A stretch of DNA of 40,579 bases, from the NCBI RefSeq assembly GCF_001194135.2, contig NC_068985.1, positions 14,932,628 through 14,973,206 on the forward strand, given 5' to 3'. Below the pieces are notes generated by a model. It saw only the letters and a list, made by a program, of their open reading frames with translations, searched no databases and had not been told where the DNA came from. The translations under genes were made by a program, and so were the position numbers. Below are positions 32,004 to 40,579 of this stretch, piece by piece. Origin of the DNA: Octopus bimaculoides (lineage: Eukaryota). Numbering within the stretch: the stretch's first letter is position 1; each line of letters opens with the position of its first letter.

Positions 32004-33660
32004 NNNNNNNNNNNNNNNNNNNNNNNNNNNNNNNNNNNNNNNNNNNNNNNNNNNNNNNNNNNNNNNNNNNNNNNNNNNNNNNNNNNNNNNNNNNNNNNNN
32101 NNNNNNNNNNNNNNNNNNNNNNNNNNNNNNNNNNNNNNNNNNNNNNNNNNNNNNNNNNNNNNNNNNNNNNNNNNNNNNNNNNNNNNNNNNNNNNNNNNNN
32201 NNNNNNNNNNNNNNNNNNNNNNNNNNNNNNNNNNNNNNNNNNNNNNNNNNNNNNNNNNNNNNNNNNNNNNNNNNNNNNNNNNNNNNNNNNNNNNNNNNNN
32301 NNNNNNNNNNNNNNNNNNNNNNNNNNNNNNNNNNNNNNNNNNNNNNNNNNNNNNNNNNNNNNNNNNNNNNNNNNNNNNNNNNNNNNNNNNNNNNNNNNNN
32401 NNNNNNNNNNNNNNNNNNNNNNNNNNNNNNNNNNNNNNNNNNNNNNNNNNNNNNNNNNNNNNNNNNNNNNNNNNNNNNNNNNNNNNNNNNNNNNNNNNNN
32501 NNNNNNNNNNNNNNNNNNNNNNNNNNNNNNNNNNNNNNNNNNNNNNNNNNNNNNNNNNNNNNNNNNNNNNNNNNNNNNNNNNNNNNNNNNNNNNNNNNNN
32601 NNNNNNNNNNNNNNNNNNNNNNNNNNNNNNNNNNNNNNNNNNNNNNNNNNNNNNNNNNNNNNNNNNNNNNNNNNNNNNNNNNNNNNNNNNNNNNNNNNNN
32701 NNNNNNNNNNNNNNNNNNNNNNNNNNNNNNNNNNNNNNNNNNNNNNNNNNNNNNNNNNNNNNNNNNNNNNNNNNNNNNNNNNNNNNNNNNNNNNNNNNNN
32801 NNNNNNNNNNNNNNNNNNNNNNNNNNNNNNNNNNNNNNNNNNNNNNNNNNNNNNNNNNNNNNNNNNNNNNNNNNNNNNNNNNNNNNNNNNNNNNNNNNNN
32901 NNNNATATATATATATATATATACACACACACAGAGTATGAGAGAGAGAGAGTAATATATGAAATCACAGAATGATGTAGATATCACAGAAAGCTCCTCC
33001 AACGGACCCGGCTAGCAGCTGCTCCAAATCGTAGGAGTATAATGCAGAGTTCTATGCAGCTGAAATTCAAGTAATATGATCAATGAAGTTGTTTCATGAG
33101 AAGTATATAAACCATAAAAAAGGTCAGGAGATATGAGAGATGACTATATTTAATACCTGTCGTCTTCAGGGTTACGGCTGATTTCAGTGTATAATAAATT
33201 TTTTTCATACATCTACACTAATATATATAATCTACACTAATAATGCAAACTTTATCTCTCCAACTCTTACACTGGCCATACGTATACAATACTTTCCTAC
33301 CAACTTCCTATGCACTTACATCAGGCGATGATTGCCATGCACAACAGTACACAATATAAAACAAAACTAGATATGAAAATATTATAGGAGAACCCATCTA
33401 TGCTCTGCATAGTTTCTCACCAAAAATAAACATTTAATGATGCTATCAATATCTATTAGACAGCACAATCCTAAAATAAACACACGCTTATCACAATCAT
33501 ATAAAAACATCCGCTTAGTCACATAAACCCATGGTCAAAATTTTAAATTCTGATGGTAATATCAGCTCAAATGATATTGGATCCGCCTTTCATAAGAAAG
33601 CATCAATACGCCAACATTATTTCATTCTGAAAATGATACTAAATGCGAGTATCATAGTCT

Positions 33661-33795
33661 AGGTCGACTTTGCCTTTCATCCTTTCGGGGTCGATAAATT
33701 ACGTACCAGTTGCGTACTGAGATCGATATAATCGAATGGCTCCCCCCCCCCCACAAAATTTCGGGCCTTGTGCCTAGAGTAGAATAGAATTATTA
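33661..33795 (+). mobile_element. 5'-truncated family A SINE
   Basis: Core plus type-2 tail only. Confidence 0.8.
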
Positions 33796-33960
33796 CACTG
33801 CCTTCCTTTCATACTAACACCGATCTGTTTTCTCTCAAATCCGCACAAAATTTACGTGTGCATTACATAGTTTTTTGACTGAATGTCATCTGCAGTCACA
33901 GTTGCAAATATCACAGGTACAGTAACTCCACATCCCCTCTTATTTAATTGAATTACATTT

Positions 33961-34333
33961 AACAACAAGAGCACCCAGAGTGCGCAAACCTCCGTCAAGA
34001 CAACATCAACATCCTCTCAACGATTAGCCGGAGATGATTATTAAAATGAGAATATCTGAAATAAACTCAACTGCTCTCACAAACGAGAATACTAAAAATG
34101 AACGCGACCGCTCTCAAAAATTAAGTAAAAAAGAAAGGAAAAATAATCAAGAATCCTTGTCCGGTACCGGATCGATCCCAAAATCTAATCAGTTTGTGCC
34201 AGTCATGAGGCCAAACATCCCTGAAAGTTTCATCCAAATCCATCAAGCGGTTCTTGTTATCTTGTCCACGGACAAACAAACAAACACGACTGACAAACAT
34301 TACCTCCGCCTTAGCGAAGGTGGCGGTAATAAT
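33961..34333 (-). mobile_element. Helentron-associated non-autonomous element (HINE / DINE-1-like)
   Basis: Terminal hairpin attacctccgcctt-agcg-aaggtggcggtaat (34299-34330), (GTTT)n tract, matching sub-terminal acctccgtcaag (~33988), and a GCAC-5nt-GTGC stem-loop next to a T-rich end. Confidence 0.75.
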
Positions 34334-35106
34334 TACAGGCAGAGAAAACAGTCATCAAAATTATTTAAACACACGCCGTGATTGGCTATATTTACAGCAA
34401 CTTCGACAAAATTTACCACTAAAAGTAAACTCAACACAATGATTCCATATCCCTGCTTTTACCAAAGTAGCAGAGAACTGATAAAACTACATGGCTGGAT
34501 TCTTATTGGCTATTTTTAATCAAACTGTTTACTTTTGGCGCGCTAGCTGATCGACGGACAATTGGATAAAGCCTCGTTTTTCCGATAAAAACAAGTGTTT
34601 GATTTGACTTCAAGTAGCTGTGACCAGCTGACTCTATGTCAGCCTGCGTCGCAGCATAGCATATCAACCTAACTCTCCTTTTCCTTCTCTAAAACGCAGA
34701 CACATATATACTGCCATTACACATATAGTAAAGAACATATCACACACACATTATGGTATAAGACATATTAATTCTCTAGTTGTCTGAATTTTTCTGCGTT
34801 GTAACAATTCGCTTATGAATGAACATTTCATTGTAGAATTAAAATCTGAAATTCAAATATATTTAAGTTGATCTTTGCTTTAATGTGTTTGCAATAACTT
34901 TTTAGCGACATGAGAAATGAATTTCATACACATTCACCAACAAAACCGAAGCTATATGTATAAGCGAGAACTCTAATGCTTGCCAAGTAGATGTGTTGCA
35001 CCTCAACAGAACCCAAGCTAAAAGTAGTACTGAAACATTACAAACGAACAAAAAATCAAGTATAATAATACATTGTTCTTTATATCTATATGTATACATA
35101 CATACA

Positions 35107-35182
<76 letters not shown>

Positions 35183-35662
35183 NNNNNNNNNNNNNNNNNN
35201 NNNNNNNNNNNNNNNNNNNNNNNNNNNNNNNNNNNNNNNNNNNNNNNNNNNNNNNNNNNNNNNNNNNNNNNNNNNNNNNNNNNNNNNNNNNNNNNNNNNN
35301 NNNNNNNNNNNNNNNNNNNNNNNNNNNNNNNNNNNNNNNNNNNNNNNNNNNNNNNNNNNNNNNNNNNNNNNNNNNNNNNNNNNNNNNNNNNNNNNNNNNN
35401 NNNNNNNNNNNNNNNNNNNNNNNNNNNNNNNNNNNNNNNNNNNNNNNNNNNNNNNNNNNNNNNNNNNNNNNNNNNNNNNNNNNNNNNNNNNNNNNNNNNN
35501 NNNNNNNNNNNNNNNNNNNNNNNNNNNNNNNNNNNNNNNNNNNNNNNNNNNNNNNNNNNNNNNNNNNNNNNNNNNNNNNNNNNNNNNNNNNNNNNNNNNN
35601 NNNNNNNNNNNNNNNNNNNNNNNNNNNNNNNNNNNNNNNNNNNNNNNNNNNNNNNNNNNNNN

Positions 35663-35724
<62 letters not shown>

Positions 35725-37053
35725 TGTGTGTGTGTGACGAAATATTAGCCATCTACATGTGCAAATTTAAAAAATCTTCAGACACCAGCATTACGTGAAC
35801 AAAATGGAAATAGAAGACTCAATCTATGCACAGCTGAGAAAAGCAAGTCGTTAAAATCCTATTTTAACCAAGACCTATTCAGACACTAAATCAGTGCAAA
35901 ACATGCATCACCTCTCACTCAACTGAGAACTTCCACACTCACTGGTCTAAAACCAAGCAGATACATGAACATTCGAAATTGCTTCACTCTCGACTTACTT
36001 AATCATTCTTTCTCACATTTCCTTACATTATTCTTTACTTCCAACATCCTTTTACTTCTTGCACACTGTTATTAGGATTACTTTTGCCTCCAAGCTCTGA
36101 AAATGTACGAATGTTCATTAATCCCTCTGTATACATTTGCTCTCCCTTATATTACAGTAAAGTAGGTATATTTTTCTAACATGTCAAAGACAATACCTGA
36201 AACATTCCAGAGTAAATAACGGCATTATACTATTTAATGGTTATATACCTTAATAGAGGTTGAGGCATTTATATATGTATTTCTATCTTCAAAATGTATT
36301 TTTTATGATATCTCTGAATTCAGGTTGAATGTGTGCTTTGCACGAAACTTCATGGAGTACGTTTCCTATCTTTAATTTTGTCATATCGAGGACATACATT
36401 AAAAAGCGTGCTTATATGAATTCCTTTATTTTTGGATGTGTTTCATATTACTTATCAAACATGATGCGATATAAATACAGAAACACACACATAATAATGC
36501 GTGTATACATACTTATAAATATAGCTATAAATACATATACATGTATATATATATATATATATATATNNNNNNNNNNNNNNNNNNNNNNNNNNNNNNNNNN
36601 NNNNNNNNNNNNNNNNNNNNNNNNNNNNNNNNNNNNNNNNNNNNNNNNNNNNNNNNNNNNNNNNNNNNNNNNNNNNNNNNNNNNNNNNNNNNNNNNNNNN
36701 NNNNNNNNNNNNNNNNNNNNNNNNNNNNNNNNNNNNNNNNNNNNNNNNNNNNNNNNNNNNNNNNNNNNNNNNNNNNNNNNNNNNNNNNNNNNNNNNNNNN
36801 NNNNNNNNNNNNNNNNNNNNNNNNNNNNNNNNNNNNNNNNNNNNNNNNNNNNNNNNNNNNNNNNNNNNNNNNNNNNNNNNNNNNNNNNNNNNNNNNNNNN
36901 NNNNNNNNNNNNNNNNNNNNNNNNNNNNNNNNNNNNNNNNNNNNNNNNNNNNNNNNNNNNNNNNNNNNNNNNNNNNNNNNNNNNNNNNNNNNNNNNNNNN
37001 NNNNNNNNNNNNNNNNNNNNNNNNNNNNNNNNNNNNNNNNNNNNNNNNNNNNN

Positions 37054-37094
<41 letters not shown>

Positions 37095-37478
37095 TATATC
37101 AATATTATTTCTTATACTGAAGTGATGTAAAAATAATACACAAATACAAATAATATGTAAATAACACTGTGTGTGTGTGTGTGTGTGTGTAAACATGCAT
37201 ATATGTACCGATAGTGTTGCAAATTTTTCTACATGTACTGTATATCATGCAATCTATTGTTATAACAGTATAGTAAGCTTATATAGTCTGACCTGATGGG
37301 CTCATTGGTGACAAATAAGCGTCGCCTTAGAAACAGATATATTGTATGACCACATCTGCCTGAGACCAAGCTTGCAATACGATTACATACATAAGAAATT
37401 CTGCGCTCGAATTTACCATAGGAAATGAAACATTTTCAAAATTATGCATACCACTCAACATATGTATGTATATATTTA

Positions 37479-37536
<58 letters not shown>

Positions 37537-37895
37537 CATATATATACGTATGTATGGCTGGGGGTCGTAAATACATATTTTTAAAGATATCTGCATCTCT
37601 TACGCAAAATTTAAGCACAGATTTTACAAATATATAGGCATTTATGCGTATCTGTTATATATGATATATAAATATAAATATACACTCACACATACGCATG
37701 TAGGCACAGACAAACACATACACAAACCCCAAAACATTTCTTTTTACAAAACTATAAACGTATATATACAAATATTGATATGTATTTATACAAATATTTG
37801 TTTATCTATTTATACACACATGCGCACACACATATATACGTAAGCACACACACATATATATACGCAGACATATTTATACACGACTATATATATAC

Positions 37896-37930
<35 letters not shown>

Positions 37931-37993
37931 TATATTGATAGATAGATAGATACAAATATATACTTACAAATGTATACAGATATATATTTATAC

Positions 37994-38030
<37 letters not shown>

Positions 38031-38906
38031 NNNNNNNNNNNNNNNNNNNNNNNNNNNNNNNNNNNNNNNNNNNNNNNNNNNNNNNNNNNNNNNNNNNNNN
38101 NNNNNNNNNNNNNNNNNNNNNNNNNNNNNNNNNNNNNNNNNNNNNNNNNNNNNNNNNNNNNNNNNNNNNNNNNNNNNNNNNNNNNNNNNNNNNNNNNNNN
38201 NNNNNNNNNNNNNNNNNNNNNNNNNNNNNNNNNNNNNNNNNNNNNNNNNNNNNNNNNNNNNNNNNNNNNNNNNNNNNNNNNNNNNNNNNNNNNNNNNNNN
38301 NNNNNNNNNNNNNNNNNNNNNNNNNNNNNNNNNNNNNNNNNNNNNNNNNNNNNNNNNNNNNNNNNNNNNNNNNNNNNNNNNNNNNNNNNNNNNNNNNNNN
38401 NNNNNNNNNNNNNNNNNNNNNNNNNNNNNNNNNNNNNNNNNNNNNNNNNNNNNNNNNNNNNNNNNNNNNNNNNNNNNNNNNNNNNNNNNNNNNNNNNNNN
38501 NNNNNNNNNNNNNNNNNNNNNNNNNNNNNNNNNNNNNNNNNNNNNNNNNNNNNNNNNNNNNNNNNNNNNNNNNNNNNNNNNNNNNNNNNNNNNNNNNNNN
38601 NNNNNNNNNNNNNNNNNNNNNNNNNATATATATATAAGCATATGCATGTATACATACATATATGCACAACCTACATCTACATGTATATATAGATGCATAT
38701 TCGGGTACAGGACGTTAGACAAATGAACGGGAGCATAAAAACAAAACGGACTTTGTTTACAGACAACAGAACGAACACATAGGAAAACAAACAAGCCACT
38801 TGGAATTAATCCTTCATCAGCTGCCTCGCGGCATATTTCTGTGTGAATGGGTGGAATTTTGCCTTTTGCCCTTCATCAGTCAATAAAACAAAATTCAACT
38901 CATGTA

Positions 38907-38937
<31 letters not shown>

Positions 38938-38954
38938 TGTGTCATATGTATGTA

Positions 38955-40305
38955 TGTGCTTGTCCACCACCACCGCTTGAAAACCAGCGTTGGTGTGTTG
39001 TGTTGTGTTTACGTTTCTGTAACTTAGTGGTTCGGCAGAAGTCTCCGATAGAATAACTATCAGGCTTTAAAAAGATAATTACTAGGGTTGATCCATTCGA
39101 CTAAAGATTCTTCAAGGCGATGCTCCAGCATGGCCGAAGTCTAATGACTGAAACAAGCAGAAGGAGCTACAAGTTTTGTTCAATTTAGAAGTGACCACCC
39201 TAGTTCGGAAAAATCGATAATCCGGAAAGGCTTTGGAACTGAAGGATTCCTGAAAATCGATTTGTAATGGCGTATCGGTTTATATTCATATTCTCTTACT
39301 CATTTACTTGTTTCAGTCAGTTGACTGCGGCCATGCTGGAGCACCGGGGTTTTTAAGTTGAAGAAATCGACCTCAGGACTTATTCTTTGTAATCCTGGTA
39401 CTTATCCTATCGGTCACCTTTGCCGAAGTGCAAAGTTGCTGGGACATAAACACACTAAAGTCGGTTGTTAAGTGACGGTGGGACAAACACGCACACACAT
39501 AAATATATACATATATATATATATATATACGACGGGCTTCTTTCAGTTTCCATCTTCTAAATCCCCTCACAAGGCTTTGGTCAGCCTGAGGCTATTGTAG
39601 CAGACACTTGTCCAAGTTGCCACGCAGCGAGACCGAACCCGGAACCATGTGGTTGGGAACCAAGTTTCTTACCACACAGCTACGCCTGCGCCTATATATT
39701 AACTTAACTTTAACCTTTCTTTAAATTTATCAATAAAGTAAATATGGTAAGAAGCTGGCTTCCCACCCACATGGTTCCGGGTTCAGTCCCACTGCGTGGC
39801 ACCTTCGACAAGTGTCTTCTACTATAGCATCGAGCCGACCAAAGCCTTGTGAGTGGATTTGATAGACGGAAACTGGAAGAAGCCCGTCGTATATATGTGT
39901 GTGTGTGTTTGACCCCTCCACCCCACCATCGCTTGACAATGGATGTCGGTATGCTTACGTTCCCGTGACCTAGCGGTTCGGCAAAATAAACTGGAGTGGC
40001 TGTGTGCTAAGTAGCTTGCTTACCAACCACAAGGTTCTGGGTTCAGTTCCACTGCATGGGACCTTGGTCATACATACATATATATATATATATATGTTTG
40101 TGTGTCTGTGTTTGTCGCTCCATCACCATCGCTTGACAACCGATGTTGGTGTGATTACGTCCTTGTAACTTAGCGGTTCGGCAAAATAAACCAATAGAAT
40201 AAGTACTAGGCTTACAAAGAATAAGTCCTGGGGTCGGTTTGTTCGAATAATGCGGTGCTCCAGTATGGCCGCAGTCTAATGACTGAAACAAGTAAAAGAG
40301 TAAGA
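38955..40305. mobile_element. Cluster of family B SINEs: + tail (38955-39162), - full (39296-39692), + tandem pair (39743-39990, 39991-40305)
   Basis: All align to the 8711-9192 copy; they include tail-to-tail and head-to-head junctions. Confidence 0.88.
39195..39265. repeat. Short repeat fragment also present at about 14846-14920
   Basis: ctagttcgg.aaaatc.at.atcc.gaa.ggctt.ggaa...aagg.ttcc.gaaa.tcgat is shared between the two loci. Confidence 0.55.
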
Positions 40306-40467
40306 AAGTAAATCTAAAAAAAACAATAAATACTTAAGGCTGAAGAATTTTTCAGCTTAAAAAATAATTCCTCCGCTGGAATCGCCAAACTTTCACATAG
40401 AAATTAAAACAACAACAGCAACAAAACCCTGAAATTTCGTCCTGATTAAGAATTGTGGCTGCAACCC

Positions 40468-40579
40468 CAGTGATTCTCAACCAGGATCATTATGACCCCA
40501 GAGAGTCCATAAAGACTTTTGGGGTCCATTCAAGCAAAGAAGAAAATTGGAGACCTATGGTAGTATTTTAAGGGGGTAT
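40468..40579. mobile_element. Left end of a hAT-like MITE, truncated by the window edge
   Basis: Starts cagtgattctcaacc, similar to the terminus at 8613. Confidence 0.5.

Noticed and set aside
33140-33175. CTGAAGA-CGAC...GTC hammerhead-like start on the minus strand
   Set aside because: No GAAA or stem III follows.
34034-34381. 115-aa plus-strand ORF
   Set aside because: It lies almost entirely within the HINE-like element and shows no recognisable domain.

Overview
AT-rich, microsatellite-saturated animal genomic DNA with roughly 6 kb of N gaps. The repeat families look like those of an octopod cephalopod, which is an inference. The only host gene I can support is an RFX4-type winged-helix transcription factor on the minus strand. 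Eight coding exons between 24393 and 5368 have canonical AG/GT sites and splice to: ...GEHIQRCRTGTKPHSTPLTLKW|[41 protein letters not shown]|IIRQQFSHITTRRLGTRGQSK|[YHYYG exon not found]|YGNGKRETSRQ|[33 protein letters not shown]|[26 protein letters not shown]|[55 protein letters not shown]|[33 protein letters not shown].... The first and last exons are not visible. The introns hold at least three tRNA-derived SINE families (my labels A, B, C), several MITEs, a Helentron-type HINE, a mariner remnant and two R4/Dong-like LINE 3' fragments. The most notable unexplained structures are two minimal type-I hammerhead-ribozyme-like folds in one intron, and a GG..CC-terminated MITE that carries an RFX X-box/NRF1/CCAAT/GC-box cassette inside the RFX gene itself. 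Almost all ORFs in the supplied track are microsatellite or gap artefacts.
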